Below, piece by piece: positions 27,526 to 36,149 of a stretch of DNA of 58,446 bases. Position numbers and translations under genes: made by a program. Within the stretch, counting starts at the first letter, position 1, and each line of letters opens with the position of its first letter. The notes below the pieces were generated by a model. The model searched no databases. It was not told the DNA's origin and was given only the letters and a program-made list of their open reading frames with translations. Source of the stretch: Candidatus Zixiibacteriota bacterium (lineage in GTDB: Bacteria; Zixibacteria; MSB-5A5; UM-FILTER-46-8); contig WJIJ01000086.1 of assembly GCA_014730345.1 (NCBI GenBank), forward strand, positions 1-58,446, written 5' to 3'.

Positions 27526-29652
27526 CTATTTCAACAACGACATTCTTTTGGTTACTGTCTTTTCGCCGTTGGAGAGCCTGTAGAAATACACGCCGCTGGC
27601 GTATTCAGAGGCATTCCAGGTTATATCGTGTTCTCCGGCCTCCATGAAACCATCAACAAGAGATTCAACCCTCTGGCCGAGGATATTATACACATCGAGG
27701 TCTACCTTGCCGGCCCTGTCAAGGCTGAATGCGATATTTGTGGCGGCATTGAACGGATTCGGGTAGTTTTTATCCAGGGCAAAACGCGCCGGCAGTGATT
27801 CACCGGAATCTCCCTCAAACCATCCATAAAGTTTCCACTGGTCGGCTGAACCGCCCAGGGGAGCGATAACATTGAAATTGAAATATGAGGAATCGTAAAT
27901 TGTGCTCGGGTAACGTCCGGCATAGGAGACATATCTATAAGTTCCCTCCGGCGCGAATACCGGCACATACTGGGTTACATTCGGTACGATGATAGTCTGG
28001 CCGGGAGACATGTAGATATTGTTGAACTGTTGAAGGGGACCGTAGCGGGTGCCGTCGGGAAGCTCCAGCATTATCCAAACGTGCCCCACAACCGGTTGCC
28101 CATTGGGATTCGCCAGTTTCCCGGTAAACTCAAAAGAACCGCCGCGAGCTACATCCACCGGCGCGGAATGCGGTATCATGGCGATATTGACCGGGATGAC
28201 CTCTCCCCATTCTATATTTAGAATAGGCCTCTGGCAATAATCCATCTCTTCCTCGGAAGCGAAACGGAACACGCCCTCGGTTCCGAGCGGCGATTGGTCT
28301 CTCAATATGAAACCGTTGTTCAGAGAAGGATTATCGAACCATTCGCGCACCGTGTTGGTTACATCCCATTTTATCCACTGGCTGGTAGCGGTGGACACGG
28401 AAAGGTTAGTAAACGATGACGGGTATTCACTCCGGTCGCTGTTCACCATATCACAGCCGGGAGTATCCCAGGGCAAATATGCGAATTTCGCGAATCCGTG
28501 GGTAGCCCAACCCGAACCGGATGGGGCTGTACTGCCGTAGAATTCGTATGGATTTCCATCCTCGCCATGGCCCTCGCCCCATTCCTTGTAAACTTCGAAA
28601 AGGGCAAGGGTTTTATCCGCCGATTGCGATTGTGCGCGCTCGGTGAAATAGAGGTTCAGTTCAGCTTTGTGTATTGCCGGTTCAGGCGGAGTTTCCGGCA
28701 GTTCGAATTTTATAAGGGCGCTCTTACGGTCATTGCCGCCGTCCTGGCCGCCAACCTCAAAACGGGTTTCCGCGCCGGTGTTGTTGTCCGGGTGAGATGC
28801 CCGCAGGAAGGTACCATAGGCGTCATCATAAGCGAATTCGCGATATGAATGCTGGTATGCCCATTCGCCGTCCTTCAGAATATGCCAGCATCTTATCATC
28901 TGCTGGGCGGCAAGAGCCGCGTCATCGTTGATACCGCCCGGGAAATAATCCTTGTAGTTATTATGGGAGAACGGGATGTCCAACAGCAACTCGAGGTACA
29001 TTAACCATCCGCTGACGTTTTCTCCGGTTATCCCCAACTCGATCCAGTTGGTTCCGGAAGCTATTGTATCCGCGGTGACCTGGGGCATTCCCGCCGCGTG
29101 GTACACTTCGACCCAGGTATCATACGGCCAGTAATAATCAGGAGTCCATGGGTACTCGCCCTCTTCCCACATCATAAAAATATCGCACCCGTATTCTATA
29201 AATCCATGAGAATTATTATCCTCGACCATGGCTACCGGCAGGAACGCGGTACTGTCATATATACCATGCCAGGGGACATCGCCATAGGTATGCGATGCCG
29301 CTCCCATCAGGAATACAATTTCACGCTGTTCGGCTTCATCAAACGGATAACTCACCCGGTGCCGCAATACTTCCACGTAGTGGTCTATCCAGAAAGCTTC
29401 ATGGGCTATTTCGGAGATTGGAGGATTATCGGTCCATCCAATGTCAGGGGACATGGATCCGCAATAAAGTTCATCGAGATGGCTTTCAATCATCTGCGCG
29501 AGTTCTGCTTCACCCTGGGCGTAGAGATGAGGTATCGCCCGCTGGCCGACCATCCAATGGTTGCGTATCCCCAGGGAATATGCAGTCGCCGTATAAAACA
29601 GGATAGTGATAATTATCACTAAGGAACATCTAAACAGGTAACTATTCTTCAT
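27526..29652 (-). CDS. Secreted zinc-dependent phospholipase C/nuclease-like protein with DNRLRE-like domain, MIPD module and C-terminal sorting domain
   Basis: GIRNH after the signal peptide, GSMSPD, AHE, GAASHTYGDVPWH; LRASHPDNNTG...KSALIKF..P....I.KAELNLY; NYPNPFN...KRMSLLK. Confidence 0.8.
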   Translation of the reverse strand: MKNSYLFRCSLVIIITILFYTATAYSLGIRNHWMVGQRAIPHLYAQGEAELAQMIESHLDELYCGSMSPDIGWTDNPPISEIAHEAFWIDHYVEVLRHRVSYPFDEAEQREIVFLMGAASHTYGDVPWHGIYDSTAFLPVAMVEDNNSHGFIEYGCDIFMMWEEGEYPWTPDYYWPYDTWVEVYHAAGMPQVTADTIASGTNWIELGITGENVSGWLMYLELLLDIPFSHNNYKDYFPGGINDDAALAAQQMIRCWHILKDGEWAYQHSYREFAYDDAYGTFLRASHPDNNTGAETRFEVGGQDGGNDRKSALIKFELPETPPEPAIHKAELNLYFTERAQSQSADKTLALFEVYKEWGEGHGEDGNPYEFYGSTAPSGSGWATHGFAKFAYLPWDTPGCDMVNSDRSEYPSSFTNLSVSTATSQWIKWDVTNTVREWFDNPSLNNGFILRDQSPLGTEGVFRFASEEEMDYCQRPILNIEWGEVIPVNIAMIPHSAPVDVARGGSFEFTGKLANPNGQPVVGHVWIMLELPDGTRYGPLQQFNNIYMSPGQTIIVPNVTQYVPVFAPEGTYRYVSYAGRYPSTIYDSSYFNFNVIAPLGGSADQWKLYGWFEGDSGESLPARFALDKNYPNPFNAATNIAFSLDRAGKVDLDVYNILGQRVESLVDGFMEAGEHDITWNASEYASGVYFYRLSNGEKTVTKRMSLLK

Positions 29653-29893
29653 GGAAGCTCCTTTAAACGTTTAGTAGCATATTTTTAAACAGGAATTTTG
29701 ATTCTTTGAGTAGGCAGCCTCTTTAGCAATTGAGGGAAGTTATTTCCTTTTCTAAAACGCTAAAGTGTGTTTGTTGAAATGAGAATTTATCCCAATTGGT
29801 ATTGATATGTCAAATTAATGGTCGGTTAGTTTTATGTGAGGAGAATGTTACGATAGCGATAAAATAGAGTTTATCAACTAAATTGCGGCGTTG

Positions 29894-31372
29894 CTATTTA
29901 ATCAACATCAACGGTTTGCAAATTTCGCCATCCGGGGATTTGAGTTTACAGAAATAAATTCCGGTGGCAAAATCTTCCGCATTCCAGCGGATTATATGTT
30001 CACCCGCTTTGAATCTACTATTAACCAGCGGCTCTATTTTTTGACCGCGGACATTATAAATATCAATATTGACCTCGCTTTCCCTTTTCAGGGTGAAAAC
30101 AATACTGGTTGTCGCATTAAAGGGATTGGGATAATTACTCAACATGGAATATTTAACCGGAAGTTTCTTTGGTTGTTGTTCATCAATACCGGTAGGTATG
30201 CCCGCTCCGCCGTAAGCGCCCATATCGCACAGGTCATCGCCGATACCGCCATCTTCGCAATCGATGAACGCGTCGAAAATAGTTGGATCCCCGGTATCTT
30301 TGCAAGGCGAATCCTCGGCCTGGCCGCATTCAATTGCCGACAGTCGGTAGTCATCGGTATCCGCGTCGCGGAACAGGGGATTGTCGGAGATATTTCCTGC
30401 ACCGCCGAAACCGCCTTCCACACAGCAATAGGTAACCCGCGGCGATTCGCCGAAAATCTGGGGATTATGGTTATCGGCTGTATTGGCCCAGAAAATATTA
30501 TTCTTAATCTCATGGTTGGGAGCGGCAATTACCAAACCTCCTCCATAGTCGGTAGCGTTATTGCCGTAAATTACGTTGTTGATGATTCTGACCATATCAT
30601 CGACGTAGTTAAGTATCACAATTCCACCGCCGCGTTCTCCCTCATTGCCTATAATACAGTTGTTGGCAATGATTATATCAGAATCAAAGGACATAATACC
30701 TCCGCCGGGGTAGTGAGTGTAATTATCCTTTATAGTGTTGCCTGAGATTCGTAAGCTGGATTCCATGATACACATAGCCGCCCCTATACCGACAGTGGCA
30801 TTCTCATAAATCATGTTATTTTCTATAACAGGCGTTGAGGCTTGAGCGGCGAAGATACCTCCGCCGGAATTGCCCTGGTTATGGCGGATGATATTGTTCA
30901 TAATTAACGCGTTCGTGTTCTCTCCCGCGCAGTATAAACCGCCTCCGCCGCCGCTCATGTAGTTATCCTCTATAATGTTATCGCGTATTACCGGACTCGA
31001 CGATGAGATATAAAAGCCCCCGCCGTATGGCGCGAAACCATTGCGTATTGTAAATCCTAATATCGTTGTTGTGCTATCCTCGCCGCTGTTTACGCTGAAC
31101 ACAGTCCCCGCGGAATCCCCATCTACAATTGTAGACCTTATATATGATGAATCGCGCTCAGTTAAAAATCTCGATGCGACGACTATATTTTTGCCGTTCA
31201 GGTTCAAATTTTCGGCGTATGTACCGGGTTCAACCAATATGGTATCCCCGTCATGGGCGGAGTTAATTCCATCCTGTATCAACGAGTAATCATCTGGGAC
31301 ATAAATAATTTCCGCTGAAGCATTTGGGGATAACAACAAGAGCATGAAAAGAAGGTATAGTGTTGATTTCAT
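29894..31372 (-). CDS. Secreted right-handed parallel beta-helix (pectin lyase-like) protein with C-terminal sorting domain
   Basis: IIYVPDDYSLIQDGINSAHDGDTILVEPGTY, repeated N...GGG beta-helix coils, DMGAYGG, NYPNPFN...KPLMLIK; no MIPD module. Confidence 0.85.
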   Translation of the reverse strand: MKSTLYLLFMLLLLSPNASAEIIYVPDDYSLIQDGINSAHDGDTILVEPGTYAENLNLNGKNIVVASRFLTERDSSYIRSTIVDGDSAGTVFSVNSGEDSTTTILGFTIRNGFAPYGGGFYISSSSPVIRDNIIEDNYMSGGGGGLYCAGENTNALIMNNIIRHNQGNSGGGIFAAQASTPVIENNMIYENATVGIGAAMCIMESSLRISGNTIKDNYTHYPGGGIMSFDSDIIIANNCIIGNEGERGGGIVILNYVDDMVRIINNVIYGNNATDYGGGLVIAAPNHEIKNNIFWANTADNHNPQIFGESPRVTYCCVEGGFGGAGNISDNPLFRDADTDDYRLSAIECGQAEDSPCKDTGDPTIFDAFIDCEDGGIGDDLCDMGAYGGAGIPTGIDEQQPKKLPVKYSMLSNYPNPFNATTSIVFTLKRESEVNIDIYNVRGQKIEPLVNSRFKAGEHIIRWNAEDFATGIYFCKLKSPDGEICKPLMLIK

Positions 31373-31473
31373 ATAATTCTCCGTTTGCCAATTTCATAAC
31401 TCGGGTGGATAATAAATCCTCCTTAAACTTATAGTATTTTAATAGATAATAATGCCGTTACTTTCAATCACTA

Positions 31474-31500
31474 TTTGTTGTCTAACAAACTTCTAACAAA
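31474..31500. promoter_or_regulatory. Candidate regulator-binding direct/inverted repeats
   Basis: tctaacaaa twice at 11-nt period (31481, 31492), overlapping the palindrome tttgtt-gtct-aacaaa, in the divergent intergenic region upstream of otr. Confidence 0.35.
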
Positions 31501-31625
31501 ACGAAATCGAGAAAATATTTTTGAATCGTTTTTTTGATAGTCGAATCATATATTAACGAATTTTGTGAATTAAATCGCAAACTGCAGTAATGTAATCAAC
31601 ATTTGAACGGTACCGAGGAAATGTT

Positions 31626-33209
31626 ATGTCTCAAAAGAATAGCTTGTTATTATTCATCATGCTGATGCTAATATCGGGTTTAGTCCCTCAATCGTGGGGC
31701 GTGACGGCTGACCACGGCAAGTTTCCGATTTTAAAGCAAGAATTTAAAACCGGGCCCGAAGTTACCCGGGCATGCCTTAGTTGTCACACAGAATCGGCAA
31801 AGCAGGTGCATAAAACTATACACTGGACCTGGGTATGCCCCAAATCGTTCGATCCCCAGCTGGGCAAATCAATCGTGGTCAATAATTTCTGTATTGCTCT
31901 TCCATCTAACGAGCCGAGGTGCACCAGTTGCCATGCCGGGTACGGATGGCGTGACAGTACCTTCGATTTCACATCCGAGGAGAATGTTGACTGTTTAGTA
32001 TGCCACGACCAGACCGGGGAATATCAAAAATTTCCCACCGGCGCGGGGCATCCCGCCTACGAGGTGAAAACATTCGGCGGCAAAAAGTATTTCCCCCCTG
32101 ATTTTAACAAGATAGCCCGGAACGTTGGTAAACCGAGCCGGCATAACTGTGGAGTATGCCATTTTTACGGCGGCGGGGGAGAGGGAGTTAAGCATGCCGA
32201 CCTCGATGAATCCCTTGAAAATCCGCGCAGGGAACTGGATGTTCACATGGCCCGCGACGGCCTCAATTATCAGTGTATCGATTGCCACCGGAGCAGAGAT
32301 CATGAGATCGCCGGGCGTTGTTATTCGGTGCCTGCCGCCGAAAGGAGGGAGTTCGCGCTTCCCAAAGATAGCGGACTGCGTATCGCCTGCGAATCCTGCC
32401 ACAGTGCCGCACCACATGAAAACAACGATAAATTAAACGACCACACCGACCGCGTCGCCTGCCAGACATGCCATATACCGTATGCCGCCCGCGAAAAAGC
32501 CACCAAGCATTGGTGGGACTGGTCGAAAGCAGGCGAGTTCGATGAAAATGGGGAAATGATTGTTAAAAAGGATGAACATGGAAATATAACCTATCATACC
32601 ATGAAAGGCGAATTCGCCTGGTCGAAAAATATGATTCCGGAATATTACTGGTTCAATGGCGGCGCGAACCATACCCTTGTTACCGATAAGGTTGACCCTG
32701 CCAAGCCGGTGGAGATCAACAGCCTTAAGGGCGATGAAGATGATCCGGATTCGAGGATATACCCGGTTAAAGTTCACAGGGGCAAGCAGGTTTACGACCC
32801 TGTGAATGAAACCCTGATAATACCCAAACTTTTCGGCCCTAAAGGCTCTGGAGCGTACTGGAAGGATTTCGATTGGGTTAAATCCGCCGAAAAGGGAATG
32901 GAATATGTCGGACTGCCTTTCAGCGGAGAGGTCGGTTTCGTGGAGACCGCTATGTACTGGCCTATTACCCACATGGTCGCTCCCAAGGAACACGCGCTAA
33001 AATGTAATGAATGTCACGCCGAAAACGGCAGGTTGGCCAGCCTGGGCGGTTTTTACATGCCCGGCCGTGATGATTTCGCCGCCCTGGATATAATTGGTTG
33101 GGTGATGGTTGGTTTAACTTTTCTCGGAGTTCTCGGACATGGTTTACTCAGGTTAACTTTTAACAACCGGCATGATGACATCGACGATTCGGAGGATAAG
33201 AATGAGTAA
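31626..33209 (+). CDS. otr: Octaheme c-type cytochrome, tetrathionate reductase (OTR) family
   Basis: Eight CxxCH motifs (CLSCH, CTSCH, CLVCH, CGVCH, CIDCH, CESCH, CQTCH, CNECH); GK...NNFC active-site segment; signal peptide and C-terminal TM anchor. Confidence 0.92.
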   Translation: MSQKNSLLLFIMLMLISGLVPQSWGVTADHGKFPILKQEFKTGPEVTRACLSCHTESAKQVHKTIHWTWVCPKSFDPQLGKSIVVNNFCIALPSNEPRCTSCHAGYGWRDSTFDFTSEENVDCLVCHDQTGEYQKFPTGAGHPAYEVKTFGGKKYFPPDFNKIARNVGKPSRHNCGVCHFYGGGGEGVKHADLDESLENPRRELDVHMARDGLNYQCIDCHRSRDHEIAGRCYSVPAAERREFALPKDSGLRIACESCHSAAPHENNDKLNDHTDRVACQTCHIPYAAREKATKHWWDWSKAGEFDENGEMIVKKDEHGNITYHTMKGEFAWSKNMIPEYYWFNGGANHTLVTDKVDPAKPVEINSLKGDEDDPDSRIYPVKVHRGKQVYDPVNETLIIPKLFGPKGSGAYWKDFDWVKSAEKGMEYVGLPFSGEVGFVETAMYWPITHMVAPKEHALKCNECHAENGRLASLGGFYMPGRDDFAALDIIGWVMVGLTFLGVLGHGLLRLTFNNRHDDIDDSEDKNE

Positions 33210-33843
33210 CAGGATTTATATATATAAAGGCTTCGAAAGGTTCTGGCATTGGGGTCAGGCTTTGCTGGTTATCCTGCTTTTATACACCGGTTTTGAAATT
33301 CATGGCACCCTCGGTTTCATTGGCTATGAACAGGCGGTGAATCTGCACAATAAACTGGTATGGGCGCTGTTGGTTCTGATCTCGTTCGCCATTTTCTGGC
33401 ACTTTACAACCGGGGAATGGAAACAGTATATCCCCACGGTGAAAAAGCTGAACCACATGATTCGTTACTATCTTGTGGGCATTTTCAGGAATGAACCTCA
33501 CCCAACCAGGAAAACAGAGCTTTCCAAGCTGAACCCATTGCAGAGAATTACCTACCTTTCCTTGAAGATACTCATCTTCCCGGTGCAGATAATTTCCGGA
33601 TTCGCCTATTATTATTACAATGAGTTGAGCGAGATAGGAATCAATATCAGCCTGGGAGCAATAGCTTTTGTGCATACCGCGGCGGCTTTCGTGATGCTCG
33701 TTTTCCTTATCGGGCATGTTTACCTGACCACCACCGGGCATACTGTCTTCTCTAATATCAAAGCTATGATCACCGGTTGGGAGGATTTGGAAGATGAGGA
33801 AAAGGAGCCTTATATACAGGAGGTTAAACAGGAAATTTCCTGA
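33202..33843 (+). CDS. Di-heme cytochrome b (PhsC/Ni-hydrogenase b-type), partner of OTR
   Basis: ERFWHW, GFEIHG, LH, LNPLQR..Y, HT..A......GHVY. Start ATG 33202 with ggagg RBS, overlapping the otr stop. Confidence 0.88.
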   Translation: MSNRIYIYKGFERFWHWGQALLVILLLYTGFEIHGTLGFIGYEQAVNLHNKLVWALLVLISFAIFWHFTTGEWKQYIPTVKKLNHMIRYYLVGIFRNEPHPTRKTELSKLNPLQRITYLSLKILIFPVQIISGFAYYYYNELSEIGINISLGAIAFVHTAAAFVMLVFLIGHVYLTTTGHTVFSNIKAMITGWEDLEDEEKEPYIQEVKQEIS

Positions 33844-33853
33844 AAATAAAAAC

Positions 33854-33876
33854 GCGCGGGATGGGGAATCCCGCGC
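33854..33876. terminator. Terminator between convergent cytochrome b and MCP genes
   Basis: gcgcgggat-gggga-atcccgcgc, A-rich on its left side. Confidence 0.7.
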
Positions 33877-33908
33877 TATTAGGGTGGAGTAAGGGAAGCA
33901 AAGTACTG

Positions 33909-35918
33909 CTAAAACTGTGCCAATTCTTCCTGGTCCTCTTCCAACGGTATCGCTTCTTCGGAGTTTTGCCTGGAATCAAAGGCGGTGTTGACGGATTTCT
34001 TTTGCCGGGAACCGGCGCCCTTTTTCATCTGGTTCAATCGCTGTTTCAATGACAGACGGTCCTGGACACCAGGTTTATTATGATGGTCGCTATTGTATAT
34101 ATTCCCGGGCCTTGATTCTGAGGAGCTTTTTGACGAATTCGCGCCGTTGATAACGACCGTTAACTCTTTTACTATCCTTTGCAGTTCAGACGCCTGCGCC
34201 GAAAGTTCCTCGCTTGCCGATGCCGATTCTTCCGCGTTCGAAGCGTTCTGCTGAGTGACCTCATCGATCTGGGTGATGGCGGTGTTTATCTGGGTAATTC
34301 CCTGGGCCTGCTCATTGCTTGCCGCGGAAACTTCGTTTACAAGTTCGGATACCTTCCTGATATTGGAGACTACATCGCTGAGTATTCCGTTGAATTCCTG
34401 GGCTACTCTTACGCCATTTTCAGCATTGCCCTGTGAACCCTCTATCAGGGAGCTGGTGTTCTTGGCGGCTTCGGCGCTCCGCATTGCCAGGTTGCGGACT
34501 TCCTCGGCTACCACGGCGAATCCCTTGCCGGCTTCACCGGCGCGGGCGGCTTCCACCGCGGCATTGAGCGCCAGCAGGTTGGTCTGGAAGGCTATCTCAT
34601 CTATTACCTTTATTATCTTGGCGGTTTCATCGGAGGAGTTCTTTATCTCCTCGATAGCTTTGGTCAGGGAACTCATGGCTTTGTTGCCGTTCTCCGCCGC
34701 CTCGTTAGCCTGCTTGGCCAGCGAGTTGGCCTGGGCGGCGTTGTCAGCGTTCTGTTTGGTCATTCCCGACATTTCCTCAAGCGCCGATGAAGTTTCCTCC
34801 AGCGATGACGCCTGCTCGGACGCTCCTTCCGCGAGCGACTGGCTTGCAGAGGAAACCTGCGAGGATGCCGAACCGACCTGCTCGGAACCGGTAGTGAGGT
34901 TTTCGATAATTAAGTTTATCGGTTTGGTGATACCGCGGGTGATGAAGAATGCCAGCAGACTGCCGATAATTATCCCGGCCAAGGTCAGGGTGATCATCAA
35001 TGTTATCGACTGGGCCATAACCGAACTCATCCGCTCATCGAGCATTTCCCTCAATTCCGCACAATTTTCGGTTATCTTATGCGCCGCCGCTATCATGACC
35101 TTTTCCGCCTGGCGCTGGGAAACGACCCCCGAATAATAGTTCTCGCCATGACCGGAATACTGCCTTAAATATCCATCGAGATTATTAGCCGCGCTTTCAA
35201 GCGCCGGTATCCCGCGGATCAAAGAAGTCCAGCTGGAAAGGCCATCGCGGGTTTTATTCAACTGCTTATTGTATCCCGCCCATTGCTCATCAGCCTCGGT
35301 TACCCTGAGGTAAACCGCGGTTACCCGTAAAAGCAGGAACCTCTCGATGACATCGCTGTGGAGCTTCTCCGCGATGTTCGTCCATTTCTTGATGGCTTCG
35401 GTATCTTCCATCACCTTCGCGTTGTCCAACGCCGGGTAGATAACTTCGCTGAATGCCTGGTCGATTTTCGATGTAATATCCCATCCCGCTTTTGACCAGC
35501 CGGAGAACGCTTCGTCTTTCTGCTTGCGCGCGTTGGTCAGTGTTTCAAAACCGTCGCGATACTCACCCGACTGCTGATTAGCCCCCTGGGCCAACTCCCT
35601 TTCGCGCGAGTTCAGTACTTCCGATTCGGAGAGGGTTGTAAGTTGTTCCTCAAGCTGGCTGTAAACCTCATTATATTTCTCCGCCGCGTTTTTGGAATCA
35701 TTACCGGCGGTTTTAAATCCGTTAATAATAAAATCCTTCTCCTGTTCACGGGCATTCTGGAGTTCCCTGATTACCTGGTTCGCGTTATCCGCGGTTATCA
35801 CCAGCTCTTCCACTCTATCAAGGCTGTTCCATCCCATAAAGCCGAGTACGGCGGCGATTACTATAATAATCCCGAATCCCCCGGCAATCTTTACGCCCAC
35901 ACTCATCTTACTGAACAT
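33909..35918 (-). CDS. Methyl-accepting chemotaxis protein
   Basis: Two TM helices around a ~280-aa periplasmic domain; [37 protein letters not shown]; C-terminal ELAQF pentapeptide; GGAGG before ATG 35918. Confidence 0.95.
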   Translation of the reverse strand: MFSKMSVGVKIAGGFGIIIVIAAVLGFMGWNSLDRVEELVITADNANQVIRELQNAREQEKDFIINGFKTAGNDSKNAAEKYNEVYSQLEEQLTTLSESEVLNSRERELAQGANQQSGEYRDGFETLTNARKQKDEAFSGWSKAGWDITSKIDQAFSEVIYPALDNAKVMEDTEAIKKWTNIAEKLHSDVIERFLLLRVTAVYLRVTEADEQWAGYNKQLNKTRDGLSSWTSLIRGIPALESAANNLDGYLRQYSGHGENYYSGVVSQRQAEKVMIAAAHKITENCAELREMLDERMSSVMAQSITLMITLTLAGIIIGSLLAFFITRGITKPINLIIENLTTGSEQVGSASSQVSSASQSLAEGASEQASSLEETSSALEEMSGMTKQNADNAAQANSLAKQANEAAENGNKAMSSLTKAIEEIKNSSDETAKIIKVIDEIAFQTNLLALNAAVEAARAGEAGKGFAVVAEEVRNLAMRSAEAAKNTSSLIEGSQGNAENGVRVAQEFNGILSDVVSNIRKVSELVNEVSAASNEQAQGITQINTAITQIDEVTQQNASNAEESASASEELSAQASELQRIVKELTVVINGANSSKSSSESRPGNIYNSDHHNKPGVQDRLSLKQRLNQMKKGAGSRQKKSVNTAFDSRQNSEEAIPLEEDQEELAQF

Positions 35919-36149
35919 TAAAACCTCCATTCTCTCATAAAAATAGTAAGTTGTTAATTAGCTCTCCACTTCCTCTCCAGCCGCCGCCTATACCGTATTA
36001 AAGGCTAATTTCCCCCTGTTGATTACCGAGTTGCTAACAGAAAATAGCTCGTATATTCGTTCAATCGTCTGTGTGTGTTTCGAATTAACGTTTGGAAATG
36101 GGGCTTAATAGGTGAAATATGGGGTACAGCGTTTACCCCAAAAAGGAGG

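Noticed and set aside
1094-35136. Long antisense ORFs such as 1094..1909, 5979..6407, 23235..23843, 29891..30745, 34255..35136
   Set aside because: Each shadows a well-supported gene on the opposite strand and has no recognisable motif.
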